The notes under the pieces are model-generated. The model saw only the letters and a list, made by a program, of their open reading frames with translations. It was not told the DNA's origin and did not search any database. Shown in pieces: positions 27,544-37,227 of a stretch of DNA of 64,000 nt (position 1 is the stretch's first letter; every line of letters begins with the position of its first letter). A program made the translations under genes and the position numbers. The DNA lies in the IMG/VR virus record IMGVR_UViG_3300029983_000007, positions 62,001 through 126,000 of that record; one strand, 5' to 3'.

Positions 27544-27866
27544 AATTTTACAAGTTTTTGTTTTCTCAAAAAAATATTATGTTCTTTATCATCAACAAAT
27601 TGATATAGCACATCACCTATAACTTCATGATTAGAATACATAAGTGTATATATTTTGTGTTCAAACCTAATAGAAAAAGATGTTTCGCATGAATAGAAAA
27701 TTTCAAACCTTCTATTGTATCTTTCATTAAGTAATGTTATTGCAGCAGACCTAATTATTTCTTTTCTTTCATCTTTTGTAATAAAATTATCCATTTGATA
27801 ACAATTACGAGGCATACCCCATAATCCATTATCTTGTTTTTTTGATTTTATTGGTATTATATCCAT
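27528..27866 (-). CDS. RxxKL-tail protein
   Basis: ends FLRKQKLVKLCQTI. Confidence 0.65.
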   Translation of the reverse strand: MDIIPIKSKKQDNGLWGMPRNCYQMDNFITKDERKEIIRSAAITLLNERYNRRFEIFYSCETSFSIRFEHKIYTLMYSNHEVIGDVLYQFVDDKEHNIFLRKQKLVKLCQTI

Positions 27867-27876
27867 GATAATTTAA

Positions 27877-28383
27877 TTATAATTTGCCTAAACTATTCAG
27901 TTCATTATTCAGTTTAGATCCAAGCAGTTCCAAATTTTTCAGTTGATTTTTTACTTGATTTATACTATCATTAAAATCTTCTTTGATATTATTATTAAAT
28001 TCTTCTATATCATCTTTATTTATTAACTCATCTAATTTTTTATACAATTCTTCACGTTCCATATTGTTTGCATTATAATCAAATTCATCATTTTCAGTAT
28101 CTTTTTCATATTGAGATTCATTTTCAGATATCTTTTTGTTTACAGATAGTATATCATCTTTTGTTTTATTAGATAATTCTTTAAATTTGAAAGTATATTC
28201 TTCAGTTATAAGAGGACACCATTTTGGTTTATATTCATTCTCATCTAACTCGATATAATGTTCATTTAATTTTAAATAATTTGATAATACGCATATATTT
28301 GTGTCTGGATTTACTGTTGCATCATAGTCATATTCTGTGTGACAAAAAGGGCAATTCAAGCAACCATTTACTGTTTTTTTCAT
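27877..28383 (-). CDS. Cys-rich N-domain plus coiled-coil protein
   Basis: CLNCPFC...C...PKWCPL. Confidence 0.65.
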   Translation of the reverse strand: MKKTVNGCLNCPFCHTEYDYDATVNPDTNICVLSNYLKLNEHYIELDENEYKPKWCPLITEEYTFKFKELSNKTKDDILSVNKKISENESQYEKDTENDEFDYNANNMEREELYKKLDELINKDDIEEFNNNIKEDFNDSINQVKNQLKNLELLGSKLNNELNSLGKL

Positions 28384-28550
28384 TTTAAGTTATTTATTTT
28401 TTCTATCTTTTTCTTTCTTTCTATTTTTGTTATTTTTCTTTTTAGTTCAGCAGCTAATTTTTCATCTATATCAAAAGATTCTGGATATAAACTTGCATAA
28501 TCAAAATTAGATATACTATATAAATCTTCAAATTTCAGATTCTTCTTCAC
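28380..28550 (-). CDS. Small protein: PolB motif-A-like peptide fused to RxxKI tail
   Basis: Manual translation (GTG) MKKNLKFEDLYSISNFDYASLYPESFDIDEKLAAELKRKITKIERKKKIEKINNLK; ATGA-coupled to next gene. Confidence 0.6.
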   Translation of the reverse strand: MKKNLKFEDLYSISNFDYASLYPESFDIDEKLAAELKRKITKIERKKKIEKINNLK

Positions 28551-29187
28551 TACAATTTATTTTATTTAATTTTATTTTTCTATTGAATTTTATCAATAGT
28601 TCAGTATCCTTATATCTTAATATAGACAATTCAAATCCGTTATTATTATAATGATTTTCTAATTTAGATATAAATAATTCAAAATTTTCAGATAGAACTC
28701 CATTTTTTTCAAATATTTTTGGCTTGTTATTTTTATTTTCATATATTCCTCTAATTAGAACCTTATTTATACGTGTTGAAAAATTTATATAATCTTGGTC
28801 ATTGCATAATTTCCAATTTTGATTTAATATTAATTTTTTAATTTTTTTATATTGTTCATCTATGATACCCCAATAGTGATATTCATTTTCACTGTCAGCT
28901 CCTTTGTTATAGCTACTTATAAATATTACATATGGAGTATCTTTATATAAAGTTTTGAATAATTCATATTTAGATTTGCAATCTAAATCAAACACTGGAT
29001 AAATAACATTTTTAAATTTTGACTCAATTAAAACTTCACAATATCTATCAATATTAATCATAGTTCTGAAGTATTTCATTATACTACCAATAGATTTATA
29101 TTTTAGTTTTGATGTTGTATCATAACTTCCATAATGTGTTGTTTGATGTAGATATATTAATTCATTTTTATTTTTAAATAAAATCAT
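28528..29187 (-). CDS. hypothetical protein, possible AEP primase-like fold, RxxKL tail
   Basis: VFDLD, SS...HYW, D.DY; ends FNRKIKLNKI. Confidence 0.55.
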   Translation of the reverse strand: MILFKNKNELIYLHQTTHYGSYDTTSKLKYKSIGSIMKYFRTMINIDRYCEVLIESKFKNVIYPVFDLDCKSKYELFKTLYKDTPYVIFISSYNKGADSENEYHYWGIIDEQYKKIKKLILNQNWKLCNDQDYINFSTRINKVLIRGIYENKNNKPKIFEKNGVLSENFELFISKLENHYNNNGFELSILRYKDTELLIKFNRKIKLNKINCSEEESEI

Positions 29188-29199
29188 ATTATTTTTTAA

Positions 29200-29418
29200 T
29201 TATTTATACTGATGATTTCTGTTATGTTTCCAAGTTTTATACATTCTTATTTGGTACATTAACAATTGTTTCTTTTTATATTTCCTTGTTAATCTTGAGC
29301 ATTCTGGATAAAAGTGTAAACCCTCATCCCAATAAGGATCAGTATTATCGTTAGTTATAATATTGTAGGTTTTGTTGTCAGTTACTACTTCTGATTTCGG
29401 ACATTTTATTCTTTTCAT
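29200..29418 (-). CDS. small basic protein
   Basis: ends YKTWKHNRNHQYK. Confidence 0.6.
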   Translation of the reverse strand: MKRIKCPKSEVVTDNKTYNIITNDNTDPYWDEGLHFYPECSRLTRKYKKKQLLMYQIRMYKTWKHNRNHQYK

Positions 29419-29606
29419 TTCTATTTGATTATTTTTTAATAATCTAATAGTTATCTAATTTTTTCTTCATTTTGTATATTATGTCATCTTTAAATTTTAT
29501 ATATATGTTTTTTAATTAAATGTTTTTTAAAAATATAAAACTTTTTTTATTTATATGATATAAGTGATATAATTTTAAATTGATTCTATACTCAAATAGA
29601 TTTTTA

Positions 29607-29636
29607 CAAAGATAACAAAAATATTCAATAAAACAA
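29607..29636 (-). promoter_or_regulatory. Bacteroidota-type promoter
   Basis: TTG-N19-TATCTTTG. Confidence 0.7.
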
Positions 29637-29643
29637 TTTTTAT

Positions 29644-29934
29644 ATGGTAAATAATAAAGTTGAAAGACTTTTAGCAGGAGAAACAATTATTAGTAAAGAA
29701 CCTGGTAACTCAATGCTTCCATTAATTAAATCAAAACAACCTGTAACATTAGAACCAGCAACTTGGGAATCAGTTGAAGTAGGTGATATAGTTTATGCTA
29801 AATATCACGGAAAATTATACACTCACATAGTAAAATCAAAAAATTCAGAACAAGGAGTTCAAATTGGAAACAATAAAGGACATATCAATGGATGGACAAA
29901 GAATGTCTATGGAAAAGTCATAAATATATCATAA
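29644..29934 (+). CDS. S24/S26 peptidase-like protein
   Basis: GNSMLPLI...VGDIVY. Confidence 0.6.
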   Translation: MVNNKVERLLAGETIISKEPGNSMLPLIKSKQPVTLEPATWESVEVGDIVYAKYHGKLYTHIVKSKNSEQGVQIGNNKGHINGWTKNVYGKVINIS

Positions 29935-29953
29935 AAAATAAATAACAAAATAT

Positions 29954-30142
29954 ATGAGAGCTACATGCAAGCTAGATTACGGACAGTTTGAAAACAACAA
30001 AACCTACAATTATTCATACACTAAAGACAACAAATACCACGTCGATGGACAATATGGAAAAACAGAATTCAATAAAAGACAATTTGGTGCACTATTCACA
30101 TCAGAAAAAATAAAAAACCCAAACAAATCATTTAATTTTTAA
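29954..30142 (+). CDS. hypothetical protein
   Basis: 62 aa ORF. Confidence 0.55.
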   Translation: MRATCKLDYGQFENNKTYNYSYTKDNKYHVDGQYGKTEFNKRQFGALFTSEKIKNPNKSFNF

Positions 30143-30152
30143 TATCTAAGAA

Positions 30153-30410
30153 ATGAAATATCATGTCGGTGATAACGTTGTGTTCATAAATAATTCCAAA
30201 AATGCTTACGATTGGAACATAACTGAGTATAAAATCTATAAAATTTATGGATATTCAATTCATAAATCTCAAATTGTATATTCTGTCAAATTTGGAACAA
30301 CTATTCAAAGTTGGTACAGTGAATGTGACTTCATGTCATTAAAAGAATATAGAAAATTGAAAATAGAAAAAATAAATAAACTAAAAAATGGGTATATTGG
30401 AGATAGATAG
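30153..30410 (+). CDS. VGD-type RxxKI-tail protein
   Basis: YHVGDNVVFI...FMSLKEYRKLKIEKI. Confidence 0.65.
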   Translation: MKYHVGDNVVFINNSKNAYDWNITEYKIYKIYGYSIHKSQIVYSVKFGTTIQSWYSECDFMSLKEYRKLKIEKINKLKNGYIGDR

Positions 30411-30623
30411 TGAATATATACAGAAAGAAGAATTGACTACATTAGGATTAGTTTGTCACTGAGTAAAGACAGTCAATAATAAATTTTATTATCACATTAT
30501 GAATATTGGTGATAGTAAAAAAATAGACATTTATGTTACACAGCAAGAACTTAATAATATTGAAGAATATATGAAAAATTATTATAAAGAAATTAGATTA
30601 AAAAATTAAAAAAATTAAAATGA
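30388..30623 (+). pseudogene. Disrupted RxxKL-tail gene
   Basis: MGILEID...VCH*VKT... in-frame TGA, plus a missing A in the IRLKKLKKLK tail. Confidence 0.5.
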
Positions 30624-30937
30624 AAAAAATTAAAAAAATAATAATTTTTTTAAATAAGTCATTTAATCCATATTATGAATTAAATAAACAGGCAAAAACA
30701 ATTGAAAATATATATGAAAAACTTATATCAAGTCAATTAGATAGTAGACTGAATGAACTTGAAAGACTTAGAAATATGAGTGAAGAAGATATAAAAAATG
30801 AGAAAGAAAAAATCTTAAATATAGAGGCAACTAAAATATTAACTCAGTTAGAATGTAATCCAGAATTATATAGAGTATTTAATAATATATTAAGAATAAA
30901 TAAATTTAAAAAAATAGAAGATAGTAAAAATGAGTAA
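30620..30937 (+). CDS. RxxK-tail protein
   Basis: ends ILRINKFKKIEDSKNE. Confidence 0.6.
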   Translation: MKKIKKIIIFLNKSFNPYYELNKQAKTIENIYEKLISSQLDSRLNELERLRNMSEEDIKNEKEKILNIEATKILTQLECNPELYRVFNNILRINKFKKIEDSKNE

Positions 30938-31514
30938 TTTAATAGAACATGCAAAAAAAGAATTTATAGCATTAGGATATAAACCAGTTGATGAATGTGA
31001 AGAAGGACCAAATAGATGGGTACAAGAAAATGTATTGGAATTACTTGAGATGTTTTCTAAACAAGGACATTCAGGATTTTCAGCAAAAATTGTTATTGAC
31101 TATTTTAAAAAATTAGCAAATTTTAAACCAATTGCGCCAATTATGTGTACTGATGATGAATGGATCGATGTTTCTATATATAATAATGATGTGACTTATC
31201 AAAATACTCGTTGTTCTGCTGTTTTTAAAAATTCAATAAATGACTCACCATATTATTTGGATGCAATAGTTTTTGTTGAAGATGGAAATTCATCTTATAC
31301 TGGAGGTGCTTTTAATAAGAAGCATGAACGTATCACAAGTAGTCAAGAAATAAAAATTCCGTTTATTCCAAAATCTTTTTATGTCGATGTTGTAGATATT
31401 GATGGAGAACATCACATTAAAGATGAATCTCAATTAAAGGAAATTTGGGAATATTATGAGCATCAAGAAACAAAATCATTTATTAGATTACAAAAATTAA
31501 AAGCATTAAAATGA
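30930..31514 (+). CDS. phage protein with RxxKL tail
   Basis: QGHSGFSA motif; ends FIRLQKLKALK. Confidence 0.7.
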   Translation: MSNLIEHAKKEFIALGYKPVDECEEGPNRWVQENVLELLEMFSKQGHSGFSAKIVIDYFKKLANFKPIAPIMCTDDEWIDVSIYNNDVTYQNTRCSAVFKNSINDSPYYLDAIVFVEDGNSSYTGGAFNKKHERITSSQEIKIPFIPKSFYVDVVDIDGEHHIKDESQLKEIWEYYEHQETKSFIRLQKLKALK

Positions 31515-31729
31515 AAATAACAATAGATGAATCACAATTTGATGTCAAATGGGATTTTGGAGATTTACCAGATAATCCCAGTAAAAGTTTGACTATTGAT
31601 ATGTTAAATAGGTGGCAAGAATTTATAAATTATGACAAAATAAATGAAGCAAGAAAAGAAGCAAGAAAATTAAGAATTGATAAATTAAATGAAATAATTT
31701 CAAAATCAAATGACAATACAGAATTATAA
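31511..31729 (+). CDS. RxxKL-tail protein
   Basis: KLRIDKLNEI. Confidence 0.6.
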   Translation: MKITIDESQFDVKWDFGDLPDNPSKSLTIDMLNRWQEFINYDKINEARKEARKLRIDKLNEIISKSNDNTEL

Positions 31730-32030
31730 GAAGAAATATTTAATATGTAAAGATGACTTTTATAAAAATATATATGCTGGCGATACAGTTGAATTGTATT
31801 GTCCAACGGAAATATCAACTACATGGAATTCAATAGTTTATTGGAATATGTTAGATGGTGCTTTTATTCATTCTCATCAGGTTGGTAAACTGTTGTATGG
31901 AGAAAATAGTATGACTAAATTATCTTCAATGATTAATCAACAAGAATTGAATATTTGTGATGTTGGAAGTGATATTCCAATCAAATATAAGGGATATTGT
32001 AAAAAAATTAAATCTTTTTATCAAGAATAA
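31710..32030 (+). CDS. hypothetical (YopX C-terminus-like) protein
   Basis: KD...KNIYAGDTV. Confidence 0.5.
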   Translation: MTIQNYKKKYLICKDDFYKNIYAGDTVELYCPTEISTTWNSIVYWNMLDGAFIHSHQVGKLLYGENSMTKLSSMINQQELNICDVGSDIPIKYKGYCKKIKSFYQE

Positions 32031-32080
32031 CATATAAAATAATATAAAATAATAGAATAATATAAAATAATAGAATAAGA

Positions 32081-32824
32081 ATGTTAAATATAAATGAAAT
32101 TTATTTAGGAGATTGCCTTGATGTTATGAAAGACATTGATGACAAATCTGTTGATATGATATTAGCGGATTTACCTTATGGTACAACAAAATGTAAATGG
32201 GATTCTCAGATTGATTTAGATAAATTATGGGTTCAATATAATAGAATAATTAAAGATCATGGAGTAATTGTATTGTTTTCTCAAACTCCTTTTGATAAAG
32301 TTCTTGGAAGTAGTAATTTAAAAATGTTAAGATATGAATGGATATGGGAAAAATCTCAATCAACTGGACATCTAAACGCAAAAAAAATGCCAATGAAGTC
32401 TCATGAAAATTTGCTAGTATTTTATAAAAAGTTACCAACATTTAATCCTCAAAAAACATTTAATCATAAAAGAAAAATTTCTACAGCTTTTCACAAAAGA
32501 AATACAAATACAGGAGAAATATATGGTAAATGTGATGTATTTTCTGATTATGATTCAACAGAAAGATATCCTAGAAGTATTCAGTTGTTTCCTAGTGATA
32601 AACAAAAATTAAATCTACATAGCACACAGAAACCTTTGTCCTTATGTGAATATTTGATAAAAACTTACACGAACGAAAATGATTTAGTTCTTGATAATGT
32701 TTGTGGAAGTGGAACCACTGGGGTAGCTTGCTCAAAATTAAATAGAAATTTTATCATGATAGAAAAAGATTTGACTTTTTTTAATACCTCTACAGAAAGA
32801 TTAAAAAAATTTCCTTTGGAATAA
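32081..32824 (+). CDS. Orphan N6A/N4C DNA methyltransferase (beta class)
   Basis: GDCL, DLPY, HSTQKP, VLDNVCGSGTT. Confidence 0.9.
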   Translation: MLNINEIYLGDCLDVMKDIDDKSVDMILADLPYGTTKCKWDSQIDLDKLWVQYNRIIKDHGVIVLFSQTPFDKVLGSSNLKMLRYEWIWEKSQSTGHLNAKKMPMKSHENLLVFYKKLPTFNPQKTFNHKRKISTAFHKRNTNTGEIYGKCDVFSDYDSTERYPRSIQLFPSDKQKLNLHSTQKPLSLCEYLIKTYTNENDLVLDNVCGSGTTGVACSKLNRNFIMIEKDLTFFNTSTERLKKFPLE

Positions 32825-32853
32825 AAAAAGCTTCATTAAAAATGAAGCTTTTT
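32823..32853. terminator. Bidirectional terminator between convergent genes
   Basis: AAAAAGCTTCATT-AA-AATGAAGCTTTTT. Confidence 0.8.
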
Positions 32854-32858
32854 TGTTT

Positions 32859-33236
32859 TTAATTTATAGTTGGATCAGTAGTACCAGGATCTCCAGTAGA
32901 ATTAGTTTTAGTTGTTATGATGTCTGTTTTATTATCATTGGAATCAATTGCACTAATATTTGTTGTATTTGTTTGAGTTTTCTCTTTTTGAATTTGAAAA
33001 AGAATAAATCCAGCCAGTGTAAATTGTATACCAGCCCAAATTGCGAAATCTCCAGCAGAGATTTTACTAATATTCACAATTAAAAAATAAATCATACCCC
33101 ATTGTCCTATAACAAATGCGAAAAATTCTTCAATTCTTTTTCTAGAAAAAAATGAACTTTTATCTGAGAATGTTTTTAACAATTCAGTAATGAATTTTTT
33201 TATATTTGTCCAGCCAAAAAAATAATTCTTTCTCAT
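32859..33236 (-). CDS. Membrane protein, holin-like
   Basis: SRKRI followed by two TM helices. Confidence 0.5.
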   Translation of the reverse strand: MRKNYFFGWTNIKKFITELLKTFSDKSSFFSRKRIEEFFAFVIGQWGMIYFLIVNISKISAGDFAIWAGIQFTLAGFILFQIQKEKTQTNTTNISAIDSNDNKTDIITTKTNSTGDPGTTDPTIN

Positions 33237-33239
33237 AAT

Positions 33240-33782
33240 TTATTTACCTTGTCTTTTTAAAATAGCTTTTTGTAAGCCTTCTGGTAATTTTTTTTGAGAT
33301 GCGGACAATCCTTTTTTGTCTTCTTCATCATCTTCATCATCATCATCATCATCATCTTTTTTAGATTTGCTCATTGGTTTTTTCTTTTCATCTTTATCTT
33401 TCTTATCATCATCTTTCATCTTTTTTACAACTTTGCCTTTCTTTTCACTCTTTTCATCATCGTCATCATCGTCTTCATCTTTGATGTTTTTGAATTCTTT
33501 AAGAATATCTTTTGCTACATCAGTACGTTTAGTTGGTCCTGATTTTTTAAACAAGTCTTTTTCAGAAAAATCATTAAGACAACAAAGATTGTTTAATTTA
33601 CCATATGAGTTTTCTTCTTTGCTCTTTGATTTTTCTGTGATGTTTTTTCCGCCAGATTCTTCTTTGTTTTCAAAAATATCTTTTGCAACTTCAGTTCTTT
33701 TCGTAACTTTTGCGTTTTTGAATACTTCTTTTTCTGAAAAATTATCCATGCTAAGTAGATTATTTAATTTAGTATCTTTCAT
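33240..33782 (-). CDS. Late, highly charged protein with two TKRT(D/E)VAKD repeats; probable prohead core/internal protein
   Basis: internal duplication; D/K-rich tail; late-type promoter at 33808-33817. Confidence 0.6.
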   Translation of the reverse strand: MKDTKLNNLLSMDNFSEKEVFKNAKVTKRTEVAKDIFENKEESGGKNITEKSKSKEENSYGKLNNLCCLNDFSEKDLFKKSGPTKRTDVAKDILKEFKNIKDEDDDDDDEKSEKKGKVVKKMKDDDKKDKDEKKKPMSKSKKDDDDDDDEDDEEDKKGLSASQKKLPEGLQKAILKRQGK

Positions 33783-33815
33783 GTGTTTTTATTTTATTTT
33801 TATATTGTATATATA

Positions 33816-34082
33816 TTATTTTTTATTTACTTTTTCTTCACCGCAAATGTCAATTTTTATTTTATCTAAATCTTTCGTTGCACCTTTTCCTTTAGTCCAA
33901 TATTTGTTTATATTATCAAAAAATTCACTTTTCTTTTCATCTGATAATTTTGCAGGAGATTTAACATCATAGCAATCAAGTATAAATTTAAAATATTCTC
34001 TATACTCTATTTGTAAATCTGATAATTTTTCATTTAAAGATAAACTTTCATTATATTGTTTAAAATCTTTGATTTTATTCAT
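33816..34082 (-). CDS. Late protein, prohead-core-like
   Basis: MNKIKDFKQYNESL; EYREYFK..L..YDVKSPAKLSDEKKSEFF. Confidence 0.6.
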   Translation of the reverse strand: MNKIKDFKQYNESLSLNEKLSDLQIEYREYFKFILDCYDVKSPAKLSDEKKSEFFDNINKYWTKGKGATKDLDKIKIDICGEEKVNKK

Positions 34083-34102
34083 GCGTATATTTTCTTTTTT
34101 TG

Positions 34103-34129
34103 TATATATTAAATAATAAAAATCATTTT
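34103..34129 (-). promoter_or_regulatory. Putative late promoter
   Basis: AAAATGA-N10-TTAATATATA. Confidence 0.65.
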
Positions 34130-34335
34130 TATTTTAATGTAAATTGTCTTTTGATTAAATTACCTTTTAACTTAACTATTTTCTTAGATCCATCTTCAAA
34201 ATATATAGTAATCTCAAAATTATCAAATATTAAGCCAAAATCTTGATATTCAATATTATCATATGAATTTGATATAATAATTACATTTTTGTTGTGATAA
34301 AAACCTTTTCTTCCTACATAATATTCTTTAAACAT
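34129..34335 (-). CDS. hypothetical protein
   Basis: 68 aa ORF. Confidence 0.5.
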   Translation of the reverse strand: MFKEYYVGRKGFYHNKNVIIISNSYDNIEYQDFGLIFDNFEITIYFEDGSKKIVKLKGNLIKRQFTLK

Positions 34336-34361
34336 TTATATATTAAATTTTTGATATTTTT

Positions 34362-34850
34362 TCATCTTGGATTAATTCTATTTGCAACCTGCATCATTGA
34401 ATTGTATCTTGCCTTTTCAAACATTTCTAAAGATATATAATCAGAATTTGAGAAATCAATATTTTCATTTAATCTTTGACGTTCCTGAGTTTGTTTTATT
34501 TCATTTAATCTTTCGTCACGAAGTTTTTGCATAACTTCATTTAACTTATTTTCTCTTTCTTCTTGTTTAACTTCATTGATAATCTGTCCATTTACTCTTT
34601 TCTCAATGTTAAATTCATTAATGTTAAAATCTTGTGAGTATTCTTGTCTTCTTACTTCATTTATATTTTGAGTTTTAAAATTACTATAATTATCGTTATA
34701 ATTAGTATAGTCAGTAGTTTCTTTTAACATTTGAGTGTTGTATGAGTTGTCGTTACCTCGTAATTGCTCATATGCATAATTTGTTGATTCTGATTTTTGT
34801 GTATTTACTTGTTTAAACAAGTCTAAATACGATTGATCGTAATATTCCAT
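34362..34850 (-). CDS. hypothetical protein rich in (I/L)NE/LKE sites
   Basis: 162 aa; repeated INE/LNE. Confidence 0.6.
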   Translation of the reverse strand: MEYYDQSYLDLFKQVNTQKSESTNYAYEQLRGNDNSYNTQMLKETTDYTNYNDNYSNFKTQNINEVRRQEYSQDFNINEFNIEKRVNGQIINEVKQEERENKLNEVMQKLRDERLNEIKQTQERQRLNENIDFSNSDYISLEMFEKARYNSMMQVANRINPR

Positions 34851-34900
34851 TCTATTGTATTGTTTTTGTTATATATTATTATGATGAGTATATATTAATA

Positions 34901-35848
34901 TTACAAGTTAAATTTGGTTATATCTTCATAAAATGGATTTTCCTTTATAAAATCAGCAAATCTCTCATAAAAAAGTTCTCCATTATTCTTTTTTAACATA
35001 TTATAAAATTTAGGATATGCACCCAATCTCAATAATTTTGTTGATATGTCAATACCTCCTAATCCAGATTCATAATATAATCTATTGTATATTAAAATAA
35101 CAAAATCATCATACATATATTTTTTAAGTGGAGTCATAAAATCATCTATTATATTAAAATTTTTCTCAATCATTGGTAACATATTTGAAAATGTTTTCAT
35201 ATCTTGAATTATCACACCATTATCAAATAGAGTTTTAAATATATTTATTACTATATTTTTACTTTTATCACTATAATGTCTTAGTTGATAAGTCAAAGGA
35301 TATAAATAACTTACTTGGTCCTTACCATTTAAATTTACATTGTTTTTTATTAATAATTCTAATATTTTTTTATTTAATATGGATCCTGTGAGAACTGATT
35401 GAGAATTGATATCTATTTTATTTATATCTACTCCATCGTTAATTATTTTTTGATATAACTCAACATTGAACAACTTCTTTATTGCTAATGTAATTAGTGT
35501 TGTTCTATTAATTTTGGTTACTTGATTAATATTAGCTCCTAAATCATACAATTTTTTGAATACTTTAAGACTCTTGCAAAAAAATAACACATTCTCGCCT
35601 GTAGATTTTACTACTTGATTTAAGTCAACTTTAAATTTTAAAATATAATCAATCAAATCTTCATTATTAGATGAAACTACACTCATTAATACGTTTTTAC
35701 CACTTTTATCACTATAATTAACTAATCTATTAATTAATGCTGAGTTTTTGTTGTCTTCTGTTTCTAATGATTTTAATATTTCAATTATATCTTCATTAGA
35801 CATTGATATGTTTTCATTTAATAGAAACATGTTATATTTTTTTATCAT
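34901..35848 (-). CDS. Ankyrin-repeat protein with CTS-like N-terminus and KFNL end
   Basis: GKNVLM, GENVLF, GANIN, GVDIN repeats; MIKKYNMFLLNE...ITKFNL. Confidence 0.75.
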   Translation of the reverse strand: MIKKYNMFLLNENISMSNEDIIEILKSLETEDNKNSALINRLVNYSDKSGKNVLMSVVSSNNEDLIDYILKFKVDLNQVVKSTGENVLFFCKSLKVFKKLYDLGANINQVTKINRTTLITLAIKKLFNVELYQKIINDGVDINKIDINSQSVLTGSILNKKILELLIKNNVNLNGKDQVSYLYPLTYQLRHYSDKSKNIVINIFKTLFDNGVIIQDMKTFSNMLPMIEKNFNIIDDFMTPLKKYMYDDFVILIYNRLYYESGLGGIDISTKLLRLGAYPKFYNMLKKNNGELFYERFADFIKENPFYEDITKFNL

Positions 35849-35849
35849 A

Positions 35850-36236
35850 TTATATATTGAATTTATTTGAGTTTTTATAAAATTCTAAGTTTTCTGGATG
35901 TTCTAAAAAAGAAACATTGTTATATCCTATAATTATTCCATAATCGTCTATTAATAATCCACAATTTTTTGCATATTTCTCAGCCTCAATATCATCTTTA
36001 ATTAAAATTGAGTCATCATCTTTTTGTATTTGCCAATAATCTCCATATTTATTTGTATATGGTACATTATATTCATTTGGAATATTCAATCCTGATGCAT
36101 GTGAAATAAGCCAACCTTCTTTTTTCATTATATCATCATAAAGATTACAAAACCATTCAATGAAGGGCTGAAATAAATCTATTGGATATATTTTCTTATT
36201 ATCTTTAATATTTTCATATTTTTTGATATATTTCAT
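35850..36236 (-). CDS. Putative internal head protein
   Basis: MKYIKKYE...YKNSNKFNI; late promoter at 36257-36283. Confidence 0.65.
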   Translation of the reverse strand: MKYIKKYENIKDNKKIYPIDLFQPFIEWFCNLYDDIMKKEGWLISHASGLNIPNEYNVPYTNKYGDYWQIQKDDDSILIKDDIEAEKYAKNCGLLIDDYGIIIGYNNVSFLEHPENLEFYKNSNKFNI

Positions 36237-36284
36237 TTATAACATATATTTATTTATATATATTAAAAAATTAAAGTTATTTTT

Positions 36285-36911
36285 ATGAGCAAAAGTGAAA
36301 CACCAACAGAGAAAGATTATAGAGAATCATTTCAATCAAATATAGACAAATTAAAAACTGAAATTGAAGATGCACAAGAAGAATTGGATTTTGATCCATC
36401 AGAATTTTTTCCAGTTAATAATAACATAGATTTAAATTTCAAAATTGAAATGCATGATTATGAAAAAGATTTGGAAGTAATAAGAGAAGAATCTAAAGAA
36501 ACACTTGAATGCATAGCAAATTTATATTTATCAGAAGATATTATGTTAAATAAAAATATAAATAACATAATAAAAAATGATGCACTTGCAATTTCTGATT
36601 TAAAATTTTCAATTTCATGTTCAAAAAGAGGATTAATAAATCTGATGAAGCAAATAGATAATGGCAGTTCAGACGCTGATTTATTTCAGGCTGTTTCTAT
36701 GTTTCAAAGAGAAATGAAAGATTGTATTGAAACTTTATATAAATTACAAAAAAGTATGAAAGAATTTTTTAAAGATTTAAAAGAAGAATTAAAGGAAATA
36801 AACATAGGTGATAGTGAAGTAGAAATACACGATAAGTATAAAGATATGAGAATTTCAGATAGAGATATTAACAAATCAATTGATATTATATTAGCATCTA
36901 AAAAGAAATAA
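36285..36911 (+). CDS. hypothetical helical protein
   Basis: 208 aa ORF. Confidence 0.7.
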   Translation: MSKSETPTEKDYRESFQSNIDKLKTEIEDAQEELDFDPSEFFPVNNNIDLNFKIEMHDYEKDLEVIREESKETLECIANLYLSEDIMLNKNINNIIKNDALAISDLKFSISCSKRGLINLMKQIDNGSSDADLFQAVSMFQREMKDCIETLYKLQKSMKEFFKDLKEELKEINIGDSEVEIHDKYKDMRISDRDINKSIDIILASKKK

Positions 36912-36943
36912 AAAAATCAGTAGATATTCTACTGATTTTTTTT
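36910..36943. terminator. Bidirectional terminator
   Basis: AAAAAAATCAGTAGA-TAT-TCTACTGATTTTTTT. Confidence 0.8.
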
Positions 36944-37213
36944 AAATGTTTCTGATTTAATTTTTTCTATTGCTACTATCACTATGCTAACGTACACTTT
37001 CTTTTTTTCATCTAAAAGTTCACACATATGCTTTGTACTATCAGACAATCCTTTTAATTTATCATATTCTTCATCAGTTAAATAAACAGTTTTATTATTA
37101 TTTCTTCTTGTTGAATATTCCTGAGTTTTAGTTAACTCTCCATTTTCACTCAACTCATAAGGATTTCTAAATTTATCCTTATCAACTTCTTCATTAAATT
37201 TTTCTATTTTCAT
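36929..37213 (-). CDS. Putative internal head protein, paralog of 37228..37512
   Basis: MKIEKFNEE; NGEL...LTDEEY. Confidence 0.65.
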   Translation of the reverse strand: MKIEKFNEEVDKDKFRNPYELSENGELTKTQEYSTRRNNNKTVYLTDEEYDKLKGLSDSTKHMCELLDEKKKVYVSIVIVAIEKIKSETFKKNQ

Positions 37214-37227
37214 ATTACTTTTTATTT

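Noticed and set aside
31511-31729. Possible tail-tube-like fragment (MLNRWQEFI) as a fourth decoy
   Set aside because: Similarity too short and vague to assert; worth including in the genome-wide fragment search.
33294-33972. Poly-Ser plus-strand ORF resembling the NSSSSS family
   Set aside because: Antisense of the Asp/Lys-rich gene 33240..33782; lacks the MKIRxGFV leader.
36285-36911. Terminase small subunit guess
   Set aside because: Only general helical character; no recognisable motif and no adjacent large subunit.
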